Source: Lophium mytilinum (Eukaryota). From it: a stretch of DNA of 64,000 bases. The notes under the pieces were generated by a model, which made no database searches, had not been told where the DNA came from, and saw only the letters and a list, made by a program, of their open reading frames with translations. Shown here piece by piece: positions 11,588-25,590 of this stretch. The translations under genes were made by a program, and so were the position numbers. Every line of letters begins with the position of its first letter. Within the stretch, counting starts at the first letter, position 1. Location: assembly GCA_010093605.1 (NCBI GenBank), contig MU004197.1:124001-188000 (forward strand). The letters run 5' to 3'.

Positions 11588-14500
11588 CTACTGAAGCTCC
11601 TGGAGCATTGCTTGCTCAGCTCCGTCTTCCCCTCCCCAGCCATCGTCGTCATCATCATCGTCTGGAACCGCGAAGGTGCTGTTGTCAGGCGCTGTGTCGT
11701 TCTCTGGCGCTGCGGCGAGGGCGGGCGGCTCTAGAGGAACATCCCTTTCCTCTGGTTCTTGTGGCCGCCCCTGCCTGGCGTTCGCCGCCTGACGATCACG
11801 TTCCGCAACGCGTTGAGCCAGAGTCTCGTGGTCAGAGGGCTCGGTGTCGCCCATAAGCTCAGCCTGCCTAGTCGCCTCTTCCTCCTTCTCCGACGCAACC
11901 AATTCAGCTTGCCACTTCTGAAACTGCCGCCCCGCTTCGTCTGCCGCATCCTGCGCGTCTTTGGCCTTCATTAAAGCCGTCGTACGGGCAGCACTGTTCC
12001 TAGCGTCACGAATCGCCTGCTCCGCGACCTTCTTGAGCTCGATTTGGCGCCGCTGCTCCTCCTCCGCTTCTTGCGCCATCTTTGCACGGTACGCTTTATC
12101 TGCGGCGAGGTCGCGTGCGAACTCCGGCTCTTTGAGCTTGTACTTGGCCTGGAACGCTGCGTTCCTAGCGCGCATCTCGGCCTCGGATCGTCGGGCTTCT
12201 TCCTCCATTGCGGCTTCATCTGCTTTCTGTTGGTCCGCGATATCCTTCTTGGCCTTGCGCATCTGCGCCGCGCCGATCGCTATCCGCCCCTCATCGCCCT
12301 CCTGTTGGATCTTCTCACCGTACCGCTGGTCGTTCCGTCGGTCCTCGTAATGGCCAGCTGCCCAGAAGCGAATCGCGCGCTCCTCAGCGTCGACGGCTAG
12401 ATATACCATATCTTCGTCGGTGAACAGCGGCGCGTCTTTGAATAAGCGCGCGCGGTTCTGGCGTTGGAAGACGTGTTCGTATAGAAAGTATAGCCCTTTC
12501 AGGCGGACGTCGTTTAGCCAGTGGGAATACCGTTCCTCCTTCCAGTCTTCAGGGTGATACCGCTCTCGCTGGAGGAACACTGGCTGAAGGCGGTCCAACG
12601 CAGAGCGCGTGCTGAATGGCAACGGTAATGGAGCAATCTGCGTCTCGCGATGCGGTGCCTCTACATTGCTTGACCGTGGCGTCTGCGTGGAAGCTTGTGG
12701 CATAACACTAGGTGGAGGGAACGTGGAGGCTACAACCGTTAGTATTTTACGTTTTCCATCTGTGTTGTTTGAACGTGACATACCATTAGAAGCTTCTGGA
12801 CGAGCATCAGGCGTGGGGGGCGCCTGTGCAAACTGCTGACGTCCGGGTTGGTTTTCCATAGCCTGGGACGTGCTATGAGGGGAAGATGGACTCTGGAGAG
12901 TAGGTTCCATGTTTACTTCCATATTAATGGGCAGAGGCGCAAATCCTGGAAGATCCTTCACAGAGAGTCTCCAATCCGCAAGACACCTAAGCCAGAGTGC
13001 CGAGTTACCAACCTTGACGCTACCCATTCGACGAGACAGCTTCTCGACCTCCTCATGGTATTTATCATAGCTTCCAGCTCCCCGTGCGTTCGCAATCTTG
13101 AACTCCATTGCGCGTGCAAGGGTTACCCGCTCTTCGTATGAAAAGTTGCCGTTGTTGGCAACACCAGCCTCAGATAATGTCTGGAAGATGTGGCCCAAGA
13201 CGCCTTGACGTATATCCAGATATTTACGGAGGGTCGGGTCTGCAGGGAACAGCTCCATAACCGAGTAATTCTGCGAGGAAAGTTGAGGCGCTTGAGGTGG
13301 CGTTGCGTCAGGAACGCTACCTCCGGATGCGTTGTCATCGACGCCCATCTGCTCATCGCCATCATTATCTTGAGTTTCCTCCTTCATTTTGACGTTGCCA
13401 GTTTCGAGGTCATCCCGGGACTGCGGATTTGGCTTGACAACACCTGCGCCTTGGAAATGGTCCTGAACCGTTAGGGCGCCCCCGGAGTGAGCGACCCCGT
13501 TGACTTCAACTTCCTTAGACTCGTGTCCCATTCCGTCCTTCATTTTGACGTTGCCAGTTTCGAGGTCGTCCTTGAACTGCGGGTTTGGCTTCACAGCAGC
13601 TGCGACTTGGAAGTGGACCTGACCCGTTGCGGCGCCCCCGGAGTGTGAGATCCCGTTCTCTTCAACATCCTTGGACACGTCGCCCATATCATGATCGAAC
13701 TTGTCTGTTGTGTTCTCGCCGTTTGCGGTCGCCGGGCCTGCTTGAGGTTGTGTACCCTGATTTGCGTTTACCTGCAGAGCACTAGACACAAACGGCCCTT
13801 GTTGGTTTACGAAAGGTGTAGCTCCTGAGTTGGATGGAGCTTGGTTTGCTGGGACTTGAGTTGCTGGGGCTTGCGCAGCTTGAAAGTCCATAGCATGCTG
13901 GGTGATGATGGGTTTGAAGCTAGGGTCAAAGGTAGAGCGAGGAACAGCAAGTCCGAAAGAACTCGGCGGAGCCGCTGGCCCACCCACTGGAGTCGTTGGG
14001 GCAGCCTTGGCCAAAGTAGACTTCGTAGCGTGCTGGGCGATGTTGGGGTTGAAGCTCGGGATGAAGCTCGGGGTGTAGCTCAATCGAGGGCGCGCAAGTT
14101 TATATTCGTTCACCGGAGTCGCCAACACACTCGCTGGAGTCGCCGAAGTAGTCTTGGGTGTTGTAGGCTCAAAGACCATGGCTTCTTGATTGATAGATGG
14201 GTCGCGAGGAAGTTTGAATTCAAAGCGCGCAGGACGGAGAACTATGTCGCAAGACCGAGTCGCCTGCCCACCGACGGGAGTTGTTGGCGCAGCCTTGGCC
14301 AATGTAGGCCGAGGTTTCAGTGCTTGCTTAGAAAGGGTTGATTTGACTCTAGCCATGTTCACCGAAAGCGGACGAGCAGAAACCGAGCCCCTCGAGCGAG
14401 TCGCTAGCTCGCTCACTGGAGTGATTCGAGCGTCCTTGGGCAATGTAGGCTGAGAGTCGATAGCTTGCCCAATGGTGTTTGATTCGGAACTAGTACGGAA

Positions 14501-17500
14501 TACGAAGCGAGGAGGATCAAGAACGAACTTGCTCGACGAAGTGGTTGGGGTAAAGTCCAGAGACTGCATGGGTACCGGACGGGTGCTGCTCTGCTCTCCA
14601 GCGATGTGAGGAGGGGTTGACGACGTGGAATCGGTGCCAGGAGTCCCAGATGGAAGCGAGCGATCTGAAGCCTCTGTATTTGAGCTCGGTCCCGTGGTCT
14701 CATTCGAAGTGCCCCATTTTGAGGGCTCTGTAGATCGTGCAGTATTGTCCCCGCCTTTGTCGTTGCCGTGAGAGCTTCCAGACGCCTCAGCACCCCCTTG
14801 ACCACCGTCAGCAGGGTCATCGTCATCCGCATCATCGCCATCTTTCTTATGGATACTTAGATCCTTGTCGTCAGCTAGTTCATTCCGCTTTTTGGCAGCC
14901 TGCTCATCCTTCTTTCGCTCATCAGGATCCCTGAAATCGTCATCGTCGATACCGCTAACAAAATCCTTCTTTTTAAGCGTGAAGAGTGTCCCTTCACAAA
15001 CAGGGAGAGGAATTTCGCTAGCGATAGCAATCCACTTTTCATCGGCCTCAGTAGTAAACACGAACTCAGGCGAGAGCTCTTGAAGGATAGCGAGTGACTG
15101 GCGCATGAAGTTTCCCTCATTACTCCAAAAAAGAGTCACCTTTGGCCCGAGAGCAAGCATAAGCAAGTCCTCAGCACTCGTAGGCTTCGCTAAGTGATAG
15201 CGTGTTCGGAGCAAATCTTCCGTTTGCCTCATATTAATAGCTCTCCGCCTAACCTTTTTAATCTTACGGGGCGGAGTATTGGATCCGGCAGTGGACTGAA
15301 GCTCATTCACGGTGTTCTCGCCTTCGGGTTCCTTGTTGTCATCTTTGTTGGGATTGAGCTGGCGAGCGGTGTCGTTGGACACGGTAGTTTGAAACCCAGA
15401 AGAGTTGGTAGCAGACTCCGAAGATGGTCCAGCCAGACCGGTCGATCTCGAGTGATCAGCGTGCTGAGCCGGTAGAGAAGTATCGACACCTGCACCAGTA
15501 GTAATGGCGCTGGGGGATGTCGCATTTAGAACGTTGTTCGTGTCCTCCTCAGTGGTATTCGTGAGGGTCTCTTGTCCTTTCGATGGTGCGCCCGCTCCAT
15601 CTGAACCGTGCGTCTTGACCTCAACCTGTGTGGAGATCTCATTCTTTGTCGAGACCCCATCTTGTGTCGAGATCTCACCCTGTGTCAGAACCTCACCGCT
15701 TGTCAAGACCTCACTGTGTGTTGAGACCTCACCGTTCAATATAGAGCTAGACGGTGATTTCGCTGGTGACTCTGACGACAACGTATCGGTGGCTAGGCTG
15801 TTCGGGTCATGGCTGATAGTGAGGCTGCTGGGAGGAAGCTCCCCATGTTTATCCTCGCCCTTAACACGTTCCACTATATCGGTGACATTGGTGTTGAGCG
15901 CAGATGCTAGGTTGTTTGCGGAGTTTGGTGAGCCATGGGTGAGAAGAGAGCTCATAACAGAGCTTGGCGAACCTGACTCTTCCGAGTTTCCAGTCTGGCG
16001 CACAGGAGAGCTGGGAGTGTTATCCACGGGATTCTGCGCAACAGCCTGGTTTGATTTAATGGCTATCGCACTACCTTTTCCGGGATTGCTTGGATCGTCA
16101 TCGCCATCTGAGTCGTCCTCTTGACCATCACTTTGATCCTCGGAGTCTTTCTTCCTTTCATCCTGGTCTGCACCTGCACCATGGCGGTTGGGAGAGTCAT
16201 CACCCTGACCTGCACCTGCACCATGGCCCTCGTCCTCGGGGGTACCATCATCATCACCCTGGCCTGCACCTGCGCCTTGGTCGTCGTCCTCAGGAGTGTC
16301 GTCATCCTTATCTTTGCGCGTGTCCGAGTCGGGTTCCTGAGTCTCATTCTTTTCTTCGAACGGGGAATAGACGTTAGTCAGTTGCTTCTTGATGTCTTGC
16401 ACATCTTCGCTCAGCGCGAGAACAAGTCCCTTCTCAGCCTTGGAGTCGACGTCGCCACGCATGATCTGGAGATCGTTGCTGAGCGCCGTGACAGCATCCT
16501 TCCCAGCTTTCGAATAAAGGATTTCGCTCATCCCCTCTACTAAAGTGATAACTTTATCGGTATCGGTCTTTGAAGCGAAGTGGCCATCAAAATTCTTGAC
16601 CTCTTGTTCCAGGATAGTGAAATCTTGCTTTTCAGCCTTGTCGTCGACGGCCTTAGCAAGGGCTTGGCTATCCTCCCGGAGAGTGGTGAGGTCTTGCGCA
16701 TGAGCCTTCTGTGAAACATCCGCAGTGAGAGTCTGAACAGTCTGTTCCAAGGCAGTCAAGCGTTTCTTGATGGCCTTCTTTGCAACATCAGCCTGCAAGG
16801 TCTGAACTGAGTTTTGCAGTCCAGTAACGTCATCAGCATCCGACTTCGTGAGAAGTTGAGCATTCGTATTCTGGACCTCTTGTTGCAGATCCGTGACGTC
16901 CTGCTTTTCAGCTTTCCGGGCAAGTTCCTTTGTGACCTTGCGACGAAGAACACCAACACGCCTAATGCTCTTGTCATCTTGCTCCTTCGTCATCATCCGC
17001 AGTGCTTGCTGGGTGTTCTTTGTCGCTCGGACAGCTTCCCTGCGAGAGCGCCTAGTCTGCTTTTGGTGCAAACGTAAAGCAAACCGTTGTTGACGAAAAG
17101 CATGATTCCGCTTCTCCACGGCGACTTTGGAGTCTTCGAGAAGAGTGATTTTGGCTTCAAGCGCAGCGACTACATTCTTGTCTGCCTTCGTTGCGATAGA
17201 AGCGTGCATCTTAGTGTCTTTGTCCTCGGACTCTTTCATAGACGCAAGTGTGGCTCGCAGCATATCCTGGCAGTCCGGATCGGCGAGGCACTCTTTGAAC
17301 AGGCTCTGACGCTCTGAGGTGGTGATCGAAGATTCGGCGTCGGTATGAATTCCCTTGGATAGTTTTTCATCGACGGACTTTTTGTATGCTTCGAAGTCAT
17401 TGTTCAAAGTAGTCAGGAGTGCAGATAGGCCTTCGACTGCTGTGCGCAATTGAGAGAAGTGCGCATGGTCCGACAGCTTTTCGGTCTCGAGGAACTTTGC

Positions 17501-18882
17501 GTCCATGCTGTCGATACCTTTTTTGAGCTGCTTGATAGTATCATGCTCCGCCAATTGGTCGCCTGAAAGAAGACTTTTGAGATCTATGCGGATCTTCTTG
17601 ACTTGCTTGTCAATGCCCTGAGCGGTAGGTATTAGGTTCCCGGCCTCGTCGCGCAGGCCGCAGATAATGTCTCGGAGCTTATTGACTTTCGTCACAAGGT
17701 TCTGGAAAGTCTGATGTTGGAATACAGCATCGGACGTTGGTCGCCTATTGATCTTTCTCGTAAGGGTTTCGATCTTGGGATCCAGATCAGTGGTCTTTGC
17801 GCGACTACTAATGTCTTTCAGGATGTGTCCGAACTTGAGATCCAGATCCTTGGTGAATCCTAACATGAACTGATTCCACATGATAGTCACATCCTCGGGC
17901 TTTGCTCGACCATCAATGTCTTGCTGGATTTCCTCCATCTTGGCACTGAAATCTTCGACCTTCAGACGGCCATCGATCGCTTTCTGGAACTCCTCAAGTG
18001 TAGAAGCCAGGTCTTCGGCATCCGCACAGCTACCAATTGCTTCCATGAGTTCAGCAATCTTGGTATCCCATTCGTCCTTGGAGACAAGATCATCGAGGTC
18101 CTGGATCGAACCCTGAGCAGCTTGTACGGGCTGGATGTTCGCAACGGGCGGAAGCTGAACGTTGACAGTGGCAGGCATCTGAGGATTCTGGGCAGGGATA
18201 GGCTGAGGATTGGGAGGTGGTTGCGCATTCGCGACGTGGCCTGCTAGACCAGCCCCAGCGCGCTTGGACTTTCTCGCGAGGTAGAGTAGGCATACAAGCA
18301 CCGCAATGACTGCGCCAAGGCCGATGGCGGTCGGACTGTCCGCGCAAAGACGTAAGAGATCGTCTTTGAGGAATTGAAAGCGTTCCTTCAGCATGGGGAT
18401 ATTGAGGCGCACGAAGAGCGCAAGGCGGTCCGCAAAGGTGGAGACAGGGGCCTGATTCAGCGGGAATTCTGGTGGGTTGGGATCGTGGCCAATCGTTGCC
18501 ATCATCGACGGATCGATCCAAGGGGCATGAAGACCGTTGGCTTTCCAAACTACACCCAAGATTGTTAGCCATAGATCATAACATACAAGAGGAAACACAG
18601 CATACCTTCTTCCAGAGCCGAAGCAAACTTTTCCGCTGGGCAATCAGTTAGAAATGGTGAATAGAGCAGATTTGAGCCGTTCTTGAGAATCAGATCCGCT
18701 TCCGCCATCGCAATTTTGAAGATCTCCTCTGGTACAATCGGAGGAGGTGGGTCGATGGTCGGATGGAATTCGCCCAGGAGCCACTTCATGAACTCCCGCG
18801 CTTTCTGTGGCGAATGGAAGATGGTTTCCAGGAACCATTGAAGGTCGCGCCACCCGTCGCGGAAAATATGGTCGAAGTCCAT
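11588..18882 (-). CDS. G3: array-family protein, ~2412 aa (TM helix, long coiled coil with ~23-aa KA-x-K-x-D repeats, disordered FxF region, two KIX-like repeats)
   Basis: Exon 18882-18606 (MDFDHIFRDGWRD...) joined by intron 18605-18550 (GTATGC..GCTAAC..TAG) to the 2351-codon ORF in frame (EE|VWKANG). Confidence 0.85.
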
Positions 18883-19984
18883 ATTTGTGAAGAGCGCACA
18901 GCGTGCAGATGCAGTATTGTTAGCAGTAAGGGGAGGGTACCTGTCAGGAACAATGTTGGGAGTGGTTGGTGTGGGTGTGGTTGCTGGTTGCTGGTTGGTG
19001 GGGTGTGTAGGTTGGAGGACGGAGGATGGAGGAGAGAGGGTTTGGAAAAGGCGGACGGGGGTTTTGGGCCTGTTGACGCCAAGAAAACGCAGGCGACGTT
19101 AGTGAATCGAAAGAGTCCGCTGAAGGTAATGTTATTCACTAAACAGGAGATAAGCACGGTTTCACGGTACATCATGTCTAGAGAGTATTGTATAGTTATG
19201 ATGACTGCCTTCCCGGTACGAGGAAAGGCCTGCTGTTGATCTGAGGGCCTCTAATTGTGTGATTTGCCCGTATGCTGCCGGCGCTTGGAGTACCCCCTGA
19301 GGCTGGGCCCGTTCAAACACAATGCCAGGGCCTTGAAGCCGTAAATTGGAGGGGTTCTGTGTACTTCGCTCCCGGGGACATATGAATCGTATGCTCTCTA
19401 TCTCGCCAAGTTTGTGTCGATGGTTTGCAAGTCTCCTGACGACGTTTGAGGTGGCTCCGGCCCTTCTGCCGGCTGATGGTCTGATACCGGATACAAGCGC
19501 AATTATCAGCATGATCAACTTGTCATTTGGCTTTCCGATATTTTGAATAGTGCAGACAGTCTTCAAGAGTCTATGAGTGCGTGCAAAGGCTGAGGTAATC
19601 AAGGCAGGATTAGAGGGCTCAGAATAGGATACCACTTTTCGAGAGATAAACCTGAAACTTCAGATCGCACTCTGTATATCACATCATATACAGCATCATC
19701 CATTAAAGGCTTTCAATATCGCCGCAATGAAGGGAGCATCGTTTTGCATTTCGTGTAGTACGCTGAAGCCACAGAGCCACTGCTAACATTGTTGCAAGAC
19801 CCTAGCATATCCTCACCATATCACATAGTCACTTCATTAGGTTCATCATTATATTAAGTTTCTTTGGTTTTTCTCCCTAACAGTACATCGGCACCATTTT
19901 CATCTCCACCGTGTCATCAACCCACGCAGCCTAGCGGCTTCCATCATTAAAATGCCCATATCAAAACCCACAAGATTGAACACA

Positions 19985-20270
19985 AAACCCGACACTATCC
20001 AGAGATTGTCCAAACCCACAAAGCACCTGTCTCCTCAGGAGTGTCCGCAAGACTGCGTTCCAAACTCCCCAAAGAGGTCAGGCTCCAAGGTATCCTCTCC
20101 TTTGATGGCGCGGTGCAGTGTCCGAGACAATAAAGCGTCTTTCTCTCCAAGGCGTGTCCGCAAGACTGCGATCAAAACCCCTCGAAGCTCCCGAAACCTA
20201 ATCATGACTCGTACACATGTCCCGACACCATCCAGCCAGAGTGTCCGGAACTTCAGACCCCTCTCTCGGG
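19985..20270 (-). promoter_or_regulatory. Class B 3'-UTR element of G4, rearranged and without the A-rich linker
   Basis: Two GUUU-GAWCGCAG-UCU-UGCGGACAC-type hairpins. An extra distal fragment (CCGACACCATCCAGCCAGAGTGTCCGG, 20222-20248) lies right next to the stop codon. Confidence 0.6.
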
Positions 20271-20280
20271 CCGTCTCTTC

Positions 20281-21814
20281 TTAGCGTTGGTCCTTTAAAG
20301 AGAGCTCGATAGCCAATTTTACCTGCTCTTCGTCGAAGTCGGGGTCCTCTACCTTATAGTCATGACCTCTCGGCGGTGGAATATTACGGACGCGAGTAGG
20401 ACGACGTGTGCTGGTAGTCGATGCAGGAGGCGTTGTTGAGGCAAATACAGATCGGCCGGAATCGATCTCCAGTTTATCCATGCGCTCCATAGTCTCGTTG
20501 ACTAAGCTCGATAACGACAAGTACTGCTCACTGTCGAGAGTACGTAGCATCTTGATAACGATATCGGGCAGGAATTCCTCTGTCAACTCTCGGACGCAAT
20601 CTCGTTGCTCGCGCTTCACCCAGTCCATAGCTTTCTTAGTCATAGTCCTGTGGGTTCTATTGCGCGTGGCGACAGACATAACAAATCGTGACAAGTCCCG
20701 GTGGTGGCGACGCTCCGACTTGATCTGCGTAAGTTTGACCTGCACCGATTGCTTACGCAGGGTGTCGAACCGCTCGAGACCTTGCTTGACGAGTTTGTCT
20801 TGCTTGTCTTGTGATCTCTTTAAAGCCTGGACTATCCCACGGAGCTCGGCAGCCTCTTTCTCAGCAGCCTTCTTGGCCTGTCTCTCGCCTTCGAGATGTT
20901 GTTTCATTTCCGAGAGGGCTCGGTCGTAGCGTTCATTCAACGTAGTCAACTGGGACTCGAATGCGGAGAACCTTCGATTGAGCGCAGAATCTTCCGCCTC
21001 GTCGGCCTTGCTGGTAGTTATAGCGTTCCCAGCGTGCTTGCTATCATGGTTTGTTGTGACGTCGTAATGCCCCTCAGTCGGACCGTACTGCTCACTGGTG
21101 CCCGAAGAAGCATTGACACTGACACTGCCATTCTTTTCGTCCAAATATTTGTCGTCTTGGTCATGGTCACGGGTTGCGGCCTCATCGAAGGTGCTCTCCT
21201 CTTGCGCTCCAAATTTATGACTCGAGAGCCAGATAGAGAACAAGGGGGAGAACCAGAAATAGAATCGGGCAATGAGCCTGATGAAGCCGACACAGGCGAA
21301 GAGGAAGGGGAAGACTCCCGCTGGGTTATCGTTGCAGTACGCTCGAGTAGAGTTCCATGTGATCAGTCTCGGCGCACACGTCGGCAGGGCGTGGTAGGGG
21401 AGCAATGCTTCATGGTGCAAGACGAGGTGGGTTGTTGTCGGATCGTTCCACGGGGCGAACATCTCATTGACCTTCCAGACTGCAGGAAAAAATGTCAGCA
21501 AAAGACATCGCGCAATGGGAATATCTACACTTACCATTCTCGAGTTCGTCGAGGTACTTGATGTCCGGTGAAATATTTAGGTAGGGGGAGTATGGCAGAT
21601 TGGATGAGTTTTTGGCTATAACGTCGGCAGTGCTGAACGTAATTTTCCAAGGCGCGGGCGGCGGGGGTTCGATAGTCTTCGGATGCGGGAGGATGCCTTG
21701 CAGGTACATGATGAACCTGCGGAAGCTCTCGGACGGATGCAATGCAAGGTTTAGGCCATAGCGCATGTCGCGCCACGTATCCCGCCACGCATCCCGAAAG
21801 ATGCTGGGGGCCAT
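20281..21814 (-). CDS. G4: short paralogue of G3, ~492 aa (TM, coiled coil, C-terminal UIM-like motif, no KIX-like repeat)
   Basis: Exon 21814-21535 (MAPSIFRDAWRD...KNSSNLPYSPYL) is clearly homologous to G3 exon 1. Intron 21534-21480 is at the same position (EN|VWKVNE). Protein ends DEEQVKLAIELSLKDQR. Confidence 0.85.
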
Positions 21815-22699
21815 CGCTCTGAGTAGACGCGCAGAGCTTGAGCGCTGTTAGTAGTGTATTGGGGACAGCTGTCGTGATACTGTAAGGGTAGGAGTGTGTC
21901 GCAGTGATGCGGCAGGTGGATGGTTGGGAGTGGAGAAGAGACACAGGTGTGCCGACTTACGATGTGGAAGGGCCAGAGGAAGAGTTTGCTCGGCAGCAGT
22001 GGAGGTGAATGACCACAACCGCTAGCAGGCCCAATTGATGGCGAGTGCGCAGAACAGTGCCAGAGATTTGCAGTGGAGGCAGAGCGGAACACCCTGGGGA
22101 GTGCGTCTGGACGGACGCGATCACCTTGACGAGTGTACCAGTCGGGATAGAGAGCGGAGACAAGCTACACGGGACGAGGATGCGGGTGATGATCTGGTGG
22201 GATCAAAGGAGGATGTGGAGGAAGAAAAGCCTGGAGACTGCGGGAGGAAGACCTCGAGGGAGACTGCGAGCTTAGTGAGAATGACGATGGTGGGCTGGCT
22301 TGCTCTTCGATACACAGAATTTAGTGAATAAGATTACTCTAGCGGCTGAATTTAATGTGCCTCAGCAGGCGTAGTTTGCAACCACGATACGGGTACGCTT
22401 TTAACGGTACGCCATCTATTAGGGTCAATTGAAAGGATACTTTCATTGATATTACGAAACGATATATCCTCATTACACAATGCAGATGCTATAATGCTAT
22501 TAAGGTGGATCATACGCGGACAGACTGCAACAAACAAAGCGGAACCAGTATATGACACGTATTTCTTTAAGCCGCAGGATCTAATGTGTCACAATCATAA
22601 AAGCCGAGGAAACAATGTCTCTCTCTTTCGAAGAGCAAACGATGTCGAGCGGGATGCCACGAGGAGATCTAGCTAGGTAAGCGGTCATAGTTGCGTAAG

Positions 22700-25000
22700 G
22701 AACCTTGGAAAGCTCTGAGATAGGGGCATCAGTGCCATTACGAGCTCGACTTATATGGCCTATGGTCGTTGAAGTATACTCCTAAAGCACTATAAGACCA
22801 TGTATTGGAGGAGTGCAGTCATCGTCTAGGCGGGTTCACGCTGCCTTCCGTGGATATTCTCAGATCTCTAGGTCTTCTACCCGAGATTCTCCTTATACGT
22901 AGCTTACTCCTTATGATGTCCCAGTGCCCAGTTTTGCTATGTAACGAAGATGCGGGTCGCAATTAAGTCTCTACAAAGACGTTCGACGTCCTTGTACCTT
23001 CTAGTATAACATTCCTCGCCATCGCAAATATCCTATTACAAAGGTTAGCAAGCTAGTACTACGGAGCGGCTGAGAGGGGCCTTGCGTACAATTATTTGGT
23101 TTGGCATAATATAATACGCCGCGTACATAGCCTACTTGCCTCCTTCGCAAGTCCATCCAAAAGTCAAATTTTTGCTACGAGGCCTTCAACAGTAGACAGT
23201 CTTACTGCTGCGCTATATAGATAGTTCGCCGAGTAGAGAAGCAATGCATACAAAAGGTATTCCAGCTAGATTAGCGCGTCTCTATTCGCCCGATGAGGCT
23301 TACATTCAAAAGCTATAATACTAGACTGATAATATAATGTCTTAGAGTCTAGCGTCTTAACTTCAATATTATATTCAGAAAATGCCACAACTAAATCCAC
23401 TTATAGTATAGGTTTTTGTACACGCTTTATTACTACTAAAGCTGCTACAGCCTTTTAAGTAGTTTAGCTCTATCTATGTATAAGTTAGATTTATTTTAAA
23501 AATAGTATATTCGGCCACGTACACTAAATACATCTCTAGTATTTCCCTAGGGTAGTAAACCAGCCCTGCTATTCACAGCACCTTGCGGTGCACCTGCACC
23601 TAAGCATTTTAATTAGCCGCCTCTTTCTCCCTTACTATCGTTTGCTAAACAATTTCTATTATAGTAATTTAGTAATTATTTCCTATTCTTATCACAAGGC
23701 TAAAGATTAGGGTCTAACGCATCTCGATACAGTATAGATCCAGTAAACTATATATTAAGCTATAAAATATATCTATTAGCTATAAGCTATTAGCATCTTA
23801 TTACCGGAGCACTTGCATTTAAGTCTTTCTCCGGCTGCCTATAGTATTTACGTCTTTTAGACAGACTGGCAAGTGAATTTAGTACAGTAGATGGCAGGTC
23901 CCGGCTTTAGTATAGTCCCCTTAGGTTTATTAGGGGCACGAGTATTTCCACACCCTCCTATCGTATATTAACACCCCCCAACTTTGGTAGATGCACACCC
24001 CTATCATCTAATCTTTCAATTAGCTAGAACGGCTCGGACTTTTATTCGGAGCTCCAGTGGCCGGCCGCCTGGCTCAAAGGAGGGCATTACAGAACAGCAG
24101 CAGCACCACGGAAGGCAGTATAGCGGCCTGAGAGCGCCCATCCTGAGCCTCAGCCTCAGCCTCAGCTTGCTCCTCAGCCTTAGGCGGCGCCAGCGCGGCT
24201 TCCTTATAAGGAGCTCCAACGTCAGATAGCATTATGCGAGGAGGATAGCTAGTGGGGTGCAGCGGCGATGTAGGGGGGGCCAGGTTTAATGCAGAGAGGC
24301 CGTAATAAGGTGAGGATTTAACTGTTTTAGCATGCTTATAGGCACGTAGGCACGTAGGTAGCAATATAACGGCCTATATACACTGTAGGAAACGGGAAGT
24401 ATGTATAGTAAAACGGGTATGCTGCATAGCCTGGCCATAACTACAGCCTCATGTACGGCCTCATGTACGGCCTCAATAGGCTGCTGGAAACGGTAAGAAT
24501 GCGCGATGAAATGGCCGTGATCCGAGCCCTCCGGACCAATCAGAAGATCAGACGGGAGGAGGGTGTGCATCTACCAATATCGGGGGGTGTTAGTATACGA
24601 TAGGAGGGTGTGGAAATACTCGTGCCCTTTATTAGAGCTGGAGATGAACGTATTAGAAAATGCTTAATCTTCGTCTCGTCTTTGTTTTTGGTCTCTTTCT
24701 TAGGCCTTACCAGCTCGCCTATCTTCTTGTTGCTAGAGATGAGCAGTCCCTTAACTCTTTCTACTGGTTGCTGTCCCTCTCCAACTGGCAGCGTCCCTTT
24801 TCTGAACATTTCTCGTGTAACAATGGTCATGGTGACTAGCGCTGGGGACTCGGGAGAGGTCGACGCCGGATGTGTGTAGGTGATGTGAGGTGTTTAGAGT
24901 AGGGAGGAGCACGCATATATAATAACAGTGGTATACTATTGCCTGATTATAATTAGAACAAGCATTCCCCTCCAACTCTAGTCAGTCGCCCTGAGATGGT
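22700..25000. mobile_element. AT/TpA-rich degenerate block, probable RIP-mutated repeat or transposon relic
   Basis: By eye, TpA-rich and CpA/TpG-poor, with no long ORF. No termini or transposase recognised. Confidence 0.35.
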
Positions 25001-25079
25001 TGCGCACCCGCGACACGTATACCTAGCACCGCGTCACTATCGCTCTATGTGAAACGTTTCTGGAGCTTATCGAGAACCA

Positions 25080-25590
25080 AAGGGGGAGTCGAGTTGCAAG
25101 GAATGTAAGTTAGACTGTCGCTTGGCCAAAAGGCTCCCGAGGAATCAGGGTATCCTCTACAGTCGTACGATTAGGTAGGATTCAAGCTAAGCAGTATGAT
25201 TCGGAGAGCCCAGAATTTTGAGGACCTAAGGCGGAGTCTAGTTCCAAGCAGGTAAAACTCAAGGCAAATAGATTTGAATCCGGTTGCCTAGACTTTTAAT
25301 AACATAATGCCAAGTTGAGTTCCAAGTCGTTTATTCTAGACTGCCTTTTGACTAAACGGCTACCACGTAGTCAGGCCACCCGTGACAGTATTGTGGAGTG
25401 AGCAAAATACAAGCCAAGCAGTGTCGAGTTCGCGTGCCCAGACTTTCGAGAACCCGAGGCGTAATCACTTTTCAAGCAGTGTACATCAGACTACCTCTTA
25501 ACTAGCTGGGTACCAAATAGCCAGGCCACCCTTTACAGTAGTGTCGAGTGAGCAAGACTGGAGCTAAGCAGTGATGAATTCGTATGCCTA
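25080..25590 (-). repeat. Three degenerate copies of the ~163-bp repeat family
   Basis: TAGACTGYC..GGKYAYCC..ACAGT..GAGTGAGCAA cores near 25147, 25372 and 25521. Confidence 0.65.

Noticed and set aside
11398..11734. Lys/Asn-rich and Phe-rich ORFs (also at 26055-26409 and 42163-42480)
   Set aside because: Artefacts of translating the A-rich UTR linkers.
18565..18882. Upstream ORFs (also 8957, 21464, 30801, 40194) as separate genes, frameshifts or editing-dependent readthrough
   Set aside because: Canonical introns join each in frame to the downstream ORF.
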